Part shown: in pieces, positions 26,074 to 38,000 of the stretch
How the letters are laid out: the number at the start of each line of letters is the position of its first letter
Position numbering within the stretch: the first letter of the stretch is position 1
From: Paramecium tetraurelia
Lineage: Eukaryota
Direction: 5' to 3'
NCBI GenBank assembly: GCA_000165425.1
Contig: CT868012.1
Location: 186,001 to 250,000 of the forward strand
Length of the DNA: 64,000 nucleotides
The notes under the pieces: generated by a model
Told to the model about the DNA's origin: nothing
Databases searched by the model: none
Seen by the model: only the letters and a program-made list of their open reading frames with translations
Position numbers and translations under genes: made by a program

Positions 26074-27752
26074 TTATTGTTTTATTATGTCTAATTACTT
26101 TCTGTAATTCAATTGAGATATATGTTAATACGATAAGACCTAAAGATAATCCTTCAGAGACTTACACGTATTACGAGTTGCCGTATTGTAAGCCGAGTGA
26201 TTTTGAGGAAGTGATTGAATCCTTGGGACAATCATTATCTGGTGATAAATAGATGACTTCAGTTTACAAGTTCAATTCAAAAGAGAAAATAGAGGATAAA
26301 CAGGTATGCGACAGAAATTTTACAAAAATGGAAATGAGGAAATGGATTGATGCAATAGATTAAGAATATATGATAGAGTTTTATTTGGCTGATTTTATAA
26401 TGCATGATGTAGTGGGCAGATTTTATGATGGGCAATATTATCTAAAGAATAGGATCACATTTAATCTATATGTGTCGAACGACTCTCGATTGATGTATGC
26501 TAATATCACAAAGAATGAGACAGATTTTATATCAATAAATTCATAAGATGAGAAAAAGGAGATTGGATTCTACTATACAGTCTAGATCAAATAGTATATT
26601 GAGACGATGGTCGTCCATGATCACAGTGTCAAGTGGAATTTGTTAATATTCAAAAGCATCTTAATATTAGTGTTAGTCATAATAGTTAGCCAAGTGTTGA
26701 GGAGATCAATATTAAATGATTACAGCAATATCCCTGATGAAGAGAATGAGATTGAACCTCAAGGCTGGAAGGCAATCAAAATTGAATCTTTGATGCCTCC
26801 AACCAACCGCATAGTGTTTTCTGCTTTACTTGGAACAGGCATTCATTTCTTGATAACAATTCTGATTTTGTTAATATTGGGGTCATTTTATTTGTTTGAG
26901 ACTCATAAGGGGTCTATAAAATCAGCAGGAATAATCATATATAGTTTTGGCGGATGTAATTGAATGTGTTATTAATTTGTTTAGTAATCAATGGGTATTA
27001 TACGGGGAAGTTCTATAAGTTTTATGGAGGCAAGAGTTGGTTACTGAATTTGTTCATAGCAGCAGCCCTTTTTCCGATATCTGCAATGTCAATTCTTTTT
27101 ATTATTGATGTGCTTTCATTTTTGTTCGGAACAACATCCACCTTCTCATTTACAGCAGTATTTTCAGTTGGATTCATTCTAACAGTAGTGTACTTGCCCT
27201 TAACTTTGATAGGAGGCGTTTCAGGTCGACTGAGAACCATAGACGAGTTGTTCGAAAAAAGGTTGAAGAAGAAGGTGCTCATCTCTAATTATTAGTTCCT
27301 ATCAAGTGGATGCTTGTATGGAATTGTGCCTTTTATGTATATTGAAACATTTAAGTTATAGATCGATCATTATGGAGCTGTATTACATTTTGGAAAGTAC
27401 ATGGAGTGATCAATAATTTGAGTAATACACGTTGTTGATCTTTTCCTACATTCAATTATTGATTATAGTGGGTTGTCTATCTATTATCCAAACTTATAAG
27501 CAATTGAATCAGGGCAATTATAATTGGCAATGGATATCATTCATCAATGGAGGACAATGTATCATATACATCTTCGGATTTATCTTCTTTTATTATTACT
27601 TTGTGAATATGCATGGGTTCTTTTAATTTTTGTTTTATTTTGCAGAAAGCATATTGGCATGTTTTGTCTTATGGTTGATGTTGGGATTTGTGAGTTATTG
27701 GATATCATTGAAATTTGTGATTTATATTTATTCATAAAATAAAATTTAATGA
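26070..27752 (+). CDS. Transmembrane 9 superfamily (TM9SF/EMP70, nonaspanin) protein
   Basis: Signal peptide, NTIRPKDNPSETYTYYELPYC, ESLGQSLSGD, EPQGWKAIKIE, LLGTGIH, YNWQWISF and C-terminal KFVIYIYSQNKIQ. Two tiny introns. Confidence 0.93.
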
Positions 27753-28000
27753 CGGATATTAAACTTAAATATTATTATGTAACAGAATGGATTTCTAAAA
27801 CAATTAATAATATCACATTTCTTTTAGTTAATTTGCACTGAAATTTATAAGAAATTCTAAATATTCATTTTGCAATTCTTTAATGATTTATGAAAACTAC
27901 TTTGTATATTATTTAAAGATTGTAATAGATCAGAGTGTTTATTAGAATTATACATATAATGATATGAATATATTCTTATTTAATAATTAATTTATTTATC

Positions 28001-28997
28001 ATGTCAATAACTGTTTCAACTTGTTAGCAAATTTGTGGATCACCACTCAATCAGAGTACTGCTAAAAACTTATGGACATTTTCTAAATCAGACAGATTTG
28101 GCAGTCTTGCAAATCCTGTTAAGTAATGGAATGTGAATTTAAAATTAGTTGTGGGAAGGCTTTCTATGACTTACCAACTCAGATTGATAAGCGATCGGCT
28201 GGAATAGGCAAAGGAACAAAGTAAAAAGATTTAAATATTTATAAAAGAACTGATTTTACAAAAGTAGCCTTTACAACTCCATCTCCATAATAATACAATA
28301 TTACAAGTGATGTTGACGTCAATCAAAAGAAGGGGAAGGGAAATAAATTTGGCATGAGTAGAGAGAAGATGGCAAGCACAGGAATTCTAGGAAATTTAAA
28401 TTCAAAGACTCCAGGTAGATTTACCGTATATCATCGTAGCTCCTGGAACCTATGATTTGGGTTCAACCTTGAGCGACGTACGTTACACAATGAGACAAAG
28501 ACCCAAGACCAATTTTATGGTTTTAACTGGCAAAGAGATCCCAGGACCAGGAACTTACGAATCACTACCAGCTGTGAATCCAGTTGGCAAGTATCCCATA
28601 TCAAAATACAATAACTCTTGCGCCACCTTGTTCAATCCCAAGAATTCTAGGAGATTTGTTAAGGATTTTTGTAAACATCCAATAACTTATTAGAACAGCC
28701 ACTAACTTGTATGCTCCTGGACCAGGAACTTACCCAGTAGACAAGACAGGAATTCAAAAGGATGGACATTATTTTATTTCAAAATTTCACTCTTCGACGA
28801 TGTTAGGAGTTTTCCAAAGGAATCCAGAAGAACAGGATCAGTCGGCAAAGGTACTATGATTATTATGAACCTTTGCATCAGCTGGAACACCAGCCCCAGG
28901 CAGTTATAGGTTGCCATCCGAATTCGGGTATTACGAATCAAGAAACAAAGCCAATAGAAGTGCAGGAGACATGGGAGAAACCAAACCTTAATAATGA
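28001..28997 (+). CDS. SHIPPO/ODF3-type PG-rich repeat protein (probable axonemal protein)
   Basis: Repeats TPSPQQY, TPAPGTY, IPGPGTY, APGPGTY and TPAPGSY with intervening F/R-rich segments. Five tiny introns. Confidence 0.85.
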
Positions 28998-29317
28998 TTA
29001 TCATATTAAATATGAAAATATACGTTTTGATTTAAGTACTTAAATCATTTTTAGAAATGACTTTTACTATATCAGATGACCATATGGTAATTCTAAGATT
29101 CTTAAATCATTAGAAACTATCATTTTTTGAAACAAAGATGAGAATAGTTTGTAAATACTCTATAGTTTTGTAACTAATTTACACTCTTAAGTAAAGTACT
29201 TCCAAATTTAAATGACTTATATACTTATTGATATATTTTGTTGCAATTTTGGCTACTAAAATTAATGAATCACATTAAATAAACATATAATTTTATTAAT
29301 AAATATTTAACGACTTC

Positions 29318-31392
29318 ATGGATTAACAGATATCCTACTATCAAACTCAATAATTCCAAGAACCCAATCAAGATCCACATAAATCTCAAAGGGCCTAATC
29401 CAATACAAGGGATCTCTTGACATCTCCCAATATTGTCTATGTCACCAGAACCATTCCCCAACAACAAACTCAACCACCTATCAGATTGGAAACCCAGCAA
29501 TTGAAACCCTCATAATCTTAATATAATATTAAGGTCTAAGAGATAGTTAAAGTGGTTGAGCCATCCAGAGAAGAACTTGAGTTTTATAAAAATAAGTGTT
29601 CCCTCTATGAAAAGTAAATCCAAGAACTTACAAATGAAGTCCACAGACTCAAAAGCACTTGTCAAGAGAAAGTCACCTATATTGAAGACACTCATAGAGT
29701 CTAACAATTAGAAACCAATCTATAATAATATTAAATTGAACTCAATAGAGTAAATACTCTCCTTAGAGAAACTACAAATGAATCAGAATAATTAAAGATC
29801 AAAGTATCTCAAATGACTCAATAATTTATGGCAATTCAACAGAATCAAGTTGAATATGAGAGAATTAAAAAGAGTTCTTAGGACAATGAACAATATTGGT
29901 AGAATGAAATCCAAAGATTAAATGTACTTGTCTCTCAAAGTCAATCCCAATTACAGTAAATGCAAAAGACCTTAATTGAAAGTAAAAAGTACGAACAATC
30001 ATACATCCAATAGTAATAAGTACAAAATTAATTGACTACTGAACTTGAAAGAATTACTGCACTACTTAAACAGAAATCAGAAGAATATGATCAATCCAAA
30101 TAAACATACATTAAAGAGATTGAGATTCTGTCTAAACGTTTGAGAGACTCTGAATCAGAAAATTAGGATCTGAAGAATAGAGAAATCAATTACAAATAGA
30201 GCATTGAGAATTAATACAGGGAGAATTAAAGTCTTTCAGATAAATATATGAATGAATTGCTCAACAAAAATGAGGAGATTTCTAAACTGTAATCCATTAT
30301 TCAAACACTTCAAATGACTCTATAGGATACTTCCAAATATCAGGAGTATGAAATCAGATCTAAATTATAAAATGAAGAAATTAACAACCTAAATCAGAGA
30401 ATCAGAATTAAATAGGATGAATTAGACAAATGTAAATAATAAATAATGATTTATCAGAATTAGTTATAAGAGCATCAAAAGTATACAGATTATGAAATCA
30501 AATATTAAAATCTTGCTTAGGAATTTGATAGAGTCAATAATTCATTAATGATCAAACTATAAGAAAATGATCAATTAAGAAATTGCATAGCCAAATTATA
30601 GATCACTCTTAATGATCATTACAAAGTTGATGATTATGAAAACAAAATTGGATTATAAAATCAAGAAATCGATAGATTACATTAAAGTCTCCAACACAAA
30701 ACTGAAGAAATAGACAGACTGGCAAATGAAAATAGTAGAATGTCATAAATAATGAGATAAAGAAATGAGGAACTAGAAAATTTGAAATTCAAATTATAAG
30801 ATATAACTTAATTGAAGGAATATCAATAGAAGTTTGCTTTACTCAGCACTGAAATTGAGAGATTGACTGTTCAATTGAGAAATAAGAATGAGGAAATCGA
30901 AAAAGTTAGATAACAATTTTCTTAGTTCTAATTAAGTGAAGCTCACAAATTAAAAGAGTTAGAATAAAAGAACGTAGTTTATTCTACAGAAATAGAGAGA
31001 TTGAGCAATTTATTGAAAATTAAATTGTAAGAGATAGAATCAAATAAAATGAGCATCAAATAATTATAAGATGAATGCGAGAATCAAAAGTTTAAATTAA
31101 TCAATCAATAAGAAGTAACAACTTACAATGAAAGAATTACACAGCTTAATCAAGAGGTTGATTCTTGGAAGGCCTAATTTATTAATTTAAATAGAGAATA
31201 CCATAAACAATAAGAATAGCTTATATTATCAAATGCTGAACTCGATACTTTTAAGAAACAGAAAAATGGATCTTTTAGAGTAAATAATATTTCTATTTAA
31301 TTTAGGTTGAAACATACGAAATTGTCAAAGAAAATCAAAATTCTAAGATTTCCTAATATCAGTACGGAACATTAACCACTAGAAATATATGA
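29318..31392 (+). CDS. Long coiled-coil protein with repeated EIERL-type motifs (probable cortical or cytoskeletal protein)
   Basis: About 680-aa Q/E/K-rich ORF with recurring units WQNEIQRLN, LTTELERIT, LAQEFDRVN, NQEIDRLH, LLSTEIERLT and YSTEIERLS. One intron near the 3' end. Confidence 0.85.
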
Positions 31393-32008
31393 GTATCAAA
31401 AATTATACTATTAAATTATATATAAATTAATTATTTATGAATTGGTTAAAGAGTCCTGATAGATATATCTTAAATTCTATCTTTAAATTATTAAATGAAT
31501 TATAAAAAGGTGGTTGAAATGGAAATTAGCTATCAAATATGTCATCTGATGTATAATACACTTAGTATAAAAATTAGAATACAAGTCAAAGGATACAAGG
31601 CCGATTATTTTGAAAGATTGTAATAAAATTTAAATAAGCAAGACAATAACAATAACAGCAATAAGATAAATATATATTGACTAATATGAGTGATAATTAT
31701 TTGAATTAAGGGAAGTGAGTAAAATAGTATAAAGGGAGAATATATAATTAAAATTAAAATTATTAAATAAATTTTTAAAATATATTAAAGAATTGGCGAT
31801 TATTTTTTCTGTTTCTGTTATTAAATAATATTAGATTTCTATAGTCAGGAAACAATCAGAAACAAATATCATAACAATGAAGTTATGTATTTTATTTTTA
31901 GTTTTTTGATGAAAAATTTATACTATATAATTCCGTTTTTATTTATAATATAATATCTGACTAACTAATAATCATGATGAACTTAAAATCTAAGATAATA
32001 TTAAATAT

Positions 32009-32787
32009 ATGAATCGAATCAGCTCTTCAGATTAGACTTGTTAACTCAGTTTAAAACAACAATCTAAAGTTTAATGTCCATTTAAGCCTAAAATACCATA
32101 TGATTTCTAAAATACATTTTTTTAAGCTTTCGGTTAGGTGAGCTATCTGAGAAAGTAATCTTAAGATCGTTTGAAAAATAATAATCTCAAGATCGATAAT
32201 AACGATAAATAGTGTTGTGAAAAATTTGAATAAATATCGCAATATTATGAATCTACATTACAATCTCAAATTGCTACTATGATCTAATTAAATGAGCTAA
32301 TCGATTAGCATACAAATCTTCTGGAATCATATTTGAAAAAATAAAAAGCTCATGTTGATTAATAAAAATCGCCATTTGTTTTTTCAGAATAAAAAGATTC
32401 CACTTAATAATGGAAATAGAAATGGGAACAGGAGAACATGCTAAATCATCAAAGAGATTAAAAAATAAAGTTTTAATATTAAAATATATAAAATTAGCGA
32501 GTTGAAAAATAAGATAGAAGGCCTTAAAGAAGTGTTGGTGAAGACTGATAGTTATACAATTACTTTGGAATTGGAATCTTGGAAAAACAAATATGAAAAT
32601 TTAGTGAACATTCACAAGGAAACAGCAGAGAAACTAAAAGGATTAGAGGATGAGTTGAAGTAAATGAATTAGACGATGCCAATTGATGAAAGTCTTTAAT
32701 CAGTAGATATTTGAGTTATATTATAATTAGAAGAAGACTACAGTAACTACTAATAGAAGACGGTTAACCAAGAAAGTGGAGAATTGA
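32009..32787 (+). CDS. Coiled-coil hypothetical protein, possibly 5'-decayed
   Basis: Open code-6 frame from ATG at 32009 to TGA at 32787 with one 28-nt intron near 32703-32730. C-terminal LESWKNKYENLVNIHKETAEKLKGLEDEL. The true start is uncertain. Confidence 0.55.
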
Positions 32788-32877
32788 GGGTTAATAAATT
32801 GATTTAACAATATAATTTTAAATTGTAGAAATAATGCATAATAGGTTTATAATGTATATTTAACGTGATAATAAAAT

Positions 32878-34104
32878 TCATTTGATAAGAAATGTTCGAT
32901 TTAATGAAGATCTTCTTCTTAGATTTTGTTCATAGTAGTAATCGTCAAAAGCATTTAGGTTTTGAGAGATCAAGAAGCCTGTTTGACTTATGATTAGTTG
33001 ATTTTCTTGATCTTCATAATGAATTTGAGAGACATCGAAGTTGTCGTTATTCAATGGTACATAAGGTGCTTGTAAGACTTTATTATTTAGTTTATCCCAA
33101 GGATAATCTCTAAGCCATGGATGATTTCTTACATTTGTTAATCTATGAGATGGCTTTCGTTATATCAACTTATTGATAAAATCAATAGCATCCAAAGACC
33201 AACCTTCTAATTTCTGTTTGATTTGAGCCTACTTAGCAAGAATAGCATCCCTGATTTCTTTTCGATTTTACCCATAATAAGGCCTTTTCCCGAGCATTAA
33301 TTCATATGCTATCACTCCCAAGGAATAATAATCAGCTGGTATACCGTGTTCCAAACCGCACATGACTTCTGGGGCCATATATCCTGGAGTTCCACTTGTA
33401 TCAATTTGCATATTGTCCAATTTCCTTGCTACTCCCAAATCTGTAATTCTGACATAGCCTTTGGAGTCTAGGACTAAATTTTCTGGTTTAAGATCTCTGT
33501 GAATAATGCGACGAGAATGTAAATATTCCAGACCCACAAGGACACAACAAACAATGAACTCTTATATTGGTCAAATTATACTTGTTTATTCTTCATTAAA
33601 TCTTCTGTTTCGTCCCAGATGATATCTTAAATCTCCTCCCTGTAAGTAATCCAATACTAAATAGATGTTCTGTTTATCTTGGAAGGCTGCAATTGCATTT
33701 ACAATAAATGAGTGATTGAGGTTTTGTAATAATCGCAATTCATTGATAACTGAAGCCACACTCCTTTTATAGATTACTAAGGCCTTGCTCATTTCCTTCA
33801 TGGCATAATATTGTGATTTGTAAGTGACTTTCCAAACCTTTCCGAAACCACCAATCCCAATAACATATTAAAGTTGAAAATGTTTTTTGCTCAACGAAGG
33901 GAGTATAGTCTGTTACATTTATGGTTGCTTTGTAGCGTATTCAAATGAATTGTGCCTAGAATTCAAAACTAATCTGATGGGAGAGTTATTCGTCGTCTTC
34001 TTCTCTTTTGAGTTGTATCTGGTCTGGTTTTCTGGTTTAAAGAGAACTCTTCCTAAAGAAGATCCTGGTTTTGAATTTCTATAGGGGGAAGTATGTTTAC
34101 GCAT
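32878..34104 (-). CDS. AGC-group serine/threonine protein kinase
   Basis: VIGIGGFGKVWK, YAMKEM, HRDLKPEN, ITDLG, DTSGTPGYMAPE and DYYSLG, plus an AGC C-tail (APYVP..DNFD...FDDYYY). One 21-nt intron. Confidence 0.95.
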
Positions 34105-34297
34105 ATAAATTTATTTACTTATTAGTTTTTTTACAAATATATTGATCAATTTTAAATAGAGTAATATTTGTTGAATGCTTTCCTTCCTCTCAAACTATTC
34201 CTTGATCTCCTGATCTTCCTTAGATTTACCATGCAATTAATAATATTCGAACAATAAATAAGACAACAAATTAATATTATTTTATCATAAAATTAAT

Positions 34298-34914
34298 ATG
34301 AATTAGTATGGATTGAGTGAAAAATTATCAGAGGAACAGAAAAGGAAATTACATGAGTTGCATCTCATTTAATAGAGAGAATTGGGTGAATTAATTAGAA
34401 GACATCAGTAGGAATAATTGATGATATTTGAGCAATGGAAAAAGGAAGAACAAGACTCTCACAATCAATCCAAAAATTTTTCTATTAAAGATGACAAAAA
34501 CTCCATTTTCAACTACAAACCCTATACTCTCAGCTAATATAAACTATTGAAATTGTAACCCATTTTGAGAAATCCAGGACAAGGACTGGGTCCCACATTA
34601 TCGATCGAGAAATGGCAGCAGCAAAAGGAGAAAATGGATAGGATGCTTGAATTTGCAGAGCATGTATCACCTTAACATATCTAAAGGTCAAAGCAGAGCA
34701 TAGACACTTTAAATAGAAAATTTCCAAAAGCTAACCAAAAGAAGTAACTGTTCGATAAAAAGGCTTAGAATTTGCAAGGAACATCTTGAAACCTATTGAA
34801 CCTTCTCCTATGAGAAAAAAATCAATATCAAAAAATTCAGTCGAGAATGATGAATTATTAGAATATGAACTGAGAAATCAATTATTAAAAGAATAGATAG
34901 GTAAAATGAAATGA
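34298..34914 (+). CDS. JHY-like (juvenile hydrocephalus domain) small protein
   Basis: YKPYTLSQYK...GQGLGP...KEKMDRMLEFAEHV...RQKGLEFARNILKP resembles the conserved JHY C-terminal motifs (from recall, not searched). Confidence 0.65.
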
Positions 34915-34985
34915 TTTCTTTTCTTTTCATGTAAATCAATAAATTACATGTATCCACTAAAATGAAGTGTATTTTTAAATTACAA

Positions 34986-35859
34986 TCATATGAATGGTCT
35001 CTTCTCTCCTGGCTTCGTTATAAATTCTCTCTTCTTGGAAACCCTATCAAATGCCGAGTTCTACTCATATCTGCCAGGTCCAGGAGTGAAACTCAAAGAT
35101 GAAAATGGACTCCTCTTCTCACCTATCCCCTAGGAGATTTTCTAATTTCACTTCGATGTATTTCTTACTGAAAATCGATTAGGAACAATCAATGAAATTT
35201 GAGGTTAATAAGTCTCTGGCCCAGGAACACCATTCTCTCTTTGATCATTGAACATCTTCCCTTTGCCCTTCAATTAAAACTAATATCTATGTTGACCCAG
35301 ATCTTGACGTACATTATATTCTCCAGGACCTCAATTTACTCATCATTTTAGTACCTGGCAAGAATTTGGCCACCTCAGGAGCCTAATGTTTATTGTAAGG
35401 GAGGTATGTCTTCGAGTAAGCTTCCCATCCCAAACCAAATGATCGTTTCAATTGATCCATCCCAGGCTCTTATCCCACTCGATATCTATCAGGACTCGGG
35501 AAATCTTTGGCATTCACCTTTTGCCATTCATATTGAAACACCTTCTTATTCCCAAAACCTTATTGAGTGTATCTGAAATATTGATAAAATTAATGTTTAC
35601 AACCTTTTTCCCAATTGTGATGGTAATTCCAATTTGGTTGGCAATTGAAATTGAGATTGAGTGTGAAACCTATTTGCCTTAGGAAACGAGATCAAAGGGG
35701 CTGTATGTCTCAAAGTGCTCGATGAGATATTTGTACTCAATCCAACATTGTTTTGGAATAGGGTGTCCGTACTAAAAAACTGTTGACTACTTGTATTGGT
35801 TTCTCCTGGTTCGGTATTTACTCATAATAAATGCTTAATTTTCTACCTTTATGTTACAT
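34986..35859 (-). CDS. SHIPPO/ODF3-type PG-rich repeat protein
   Basis: FPKANRF, FPSPDRY, LPGPGEY, VPGPETY and TPGPGRY repeats. Three introns are needed to keep the frame. Confidence 0.85.
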
Positions 35860-36039
35860 TTAATAATTAATTAATAATGAAATTTTTATAAGTGTTAATG
35901 CAAAGTATTTGAATAACCGTAAGCCAAATACTTCAGAAATTGTGTATATCTTATACAATTATTGTGTTATTCCATCAGATTAATAATATAATTATCAATA
36001 TAAAAATAAAACAGAAAATTTGTTTATAAATAAAATTTC

Positions 36040-37673
36040 ATGAGTCAGTTGAAATTTGTAAGATCGAAGAGTACCTCTAGATCAAATCCTTTGCGCAGAT
36101 TAAAATAACAATTAAAGCAAGTTTAGAAACCTGGGAAACTCTATGTCAGTGTTGGAAGAAGCAGGTAATCTCCATAACCCAATGAAGAATTACCCATTTC
36201 AACGCCAAGAAACAAGATGGATTTAAAATTACTTTAACTGCATCAGATCAATGAGAATACTGTTCCACTGTAATAATCGGTTGGATGGCAATCGTTGCTT
36301 CCCTTGTCTCATGATGTCAGGATAATCAACGATTCATATAAACCACCAAATTCAACTTAATACAATGGAAATTGGAGGAATATTGACAGCAATTAGCACT
36401 ACTACACTCAAACCAATTATTGTCGTTCCAAACAAAGTGAAAGTGCAAAAACAGATAAATTGTATACCTATCAAGTCCAATCAACCAAATTAAATTCATC
36501 CGATCAATTATCAATCTCTGCAAATGATTCAAATACTACTTCCAAATTCAATTTCAATTAAATCGCACTCAAATAAAGCTAAAAAATTAATTAATAATTG
36601 AGCTCAGATACGAAATAATGCAGATTATACAACTCCACTCATTCAAATACCAACACAAAATTCAAAAATGAGAGTGAGATCTCTGAATAAAGTAACAAAT
36701 AATAAAAAAATGAAAAATTTGAATCAATCATTTTAGACATTTATCCAACATCTGCAAGAATGAAATAAATTAAGACTAAACCTATTATTGAACAAAATGA
36801 AGATGAAGAATTATAAGGAATGAAATGTAGTACTCAATCATCCTAAAAGGAAATACCAAAGTTTTATAGTGAAATTTTATGTGATGGATCACTTTTTTTA
36901 AATGGACCTAAAAGATTTAAAGATACAGAAATTCAAACTAATTTCACTCAATCTAATAATATTGAAACTACCAAAACTTCTCAATTGAGTTAAACTTGCA
37001 AATCCACTACAAATGCTTCTGTTTAAACAAAATCAAAGAAAAAGAATTTAGGTTTATTCTAATATCAACTTTCATACTTATCCCCAAAGACAGATAAAAA
37101 TTTCTTAGAGAATGATTTAATATCGTTAGATGACTTTTAATCATAAATTGTCTATGAGACTTAACAAGAAAACAAAAACAAGATGAAAAATTAACATTTC
37201 CAAGAGATTGACATTAATAATAAGTAATATATATATACTTATAATTTAGATCCTAAGTTTCACTTTAAAAGGGTAATATTTATTTGTCAAATCAATTACT
37301 TTTGGATCCTGAGGATGATTCATAACCTTTCTACTTATAAGCTGAACCCAAAGAAATTAATTCTAATTTATTTGATAAGAAATCCAATAAATAAAAGAGT
37401 ATTTCTAAAGAGTTGGCACATAATAATAGTTGTACAAACCTTTCAAAGGGTAAAATCGAAAAAAGTGCTTCATTTTAAAGTGTAAATTGTTACAAAGACC
37501 ATTTAAAAATCCTAATAAATTAGAGTTCTCAAAATAATTGTAAAATTGATTAGAATTAATCTTACTTAGTTTAAGATAATAAAACCAATAAATAAAGATA
37601 CCCACTGAGAACTTCATAAAACAATTAGAGTACAATGAAACAATAAAAGTCAAAAATAACAAAAAAAAAATGA
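36040..37673 (+). CDS. Hypothetical low-complexity (Q/N/S/K-rich) protein
   Basis: Long code-6 frame starting MSQLKFVRSKSTSRSNPLRRLK with a probable intron near 37224-37249. No recognisable domain; the 3' end is approximate. Confidence 0.6.
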
Positions 37674-38000
37674 ATTATAAAAGACTTATTTAATAACTGT
37701 TACTCTGAAATATTTTTATATAAGTATACAATTAAATGATCTTGAATTGCAAGACGAAATGATTAAATCCAATTTCCCCTTTCTATAATTCTAAATGGCA
37801 AAAATCTTTTTTTATAATAATAATATTATATATTAAAAATAAAAGGATCCCTTTCTATTACCAAATATAGATTTGCATATATAAATATCCTTTTTGGAAT
37901 GTCTTACTCTCTATATATTAGTTCATTTTTTTAAACATAACTAACAATAGAATTGAAAAATAAAAAAACAAAAGAAATTATACTGTAGTTTCTCAGAAAT

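Noticed and set aside
33430..33450. DLG instead of DFG in the AGC kinase as a sign of inactivity
   Set aside because: DLG is a tolerated variant in active kinases such as GRKs, and all other catalytic motifs are intact.
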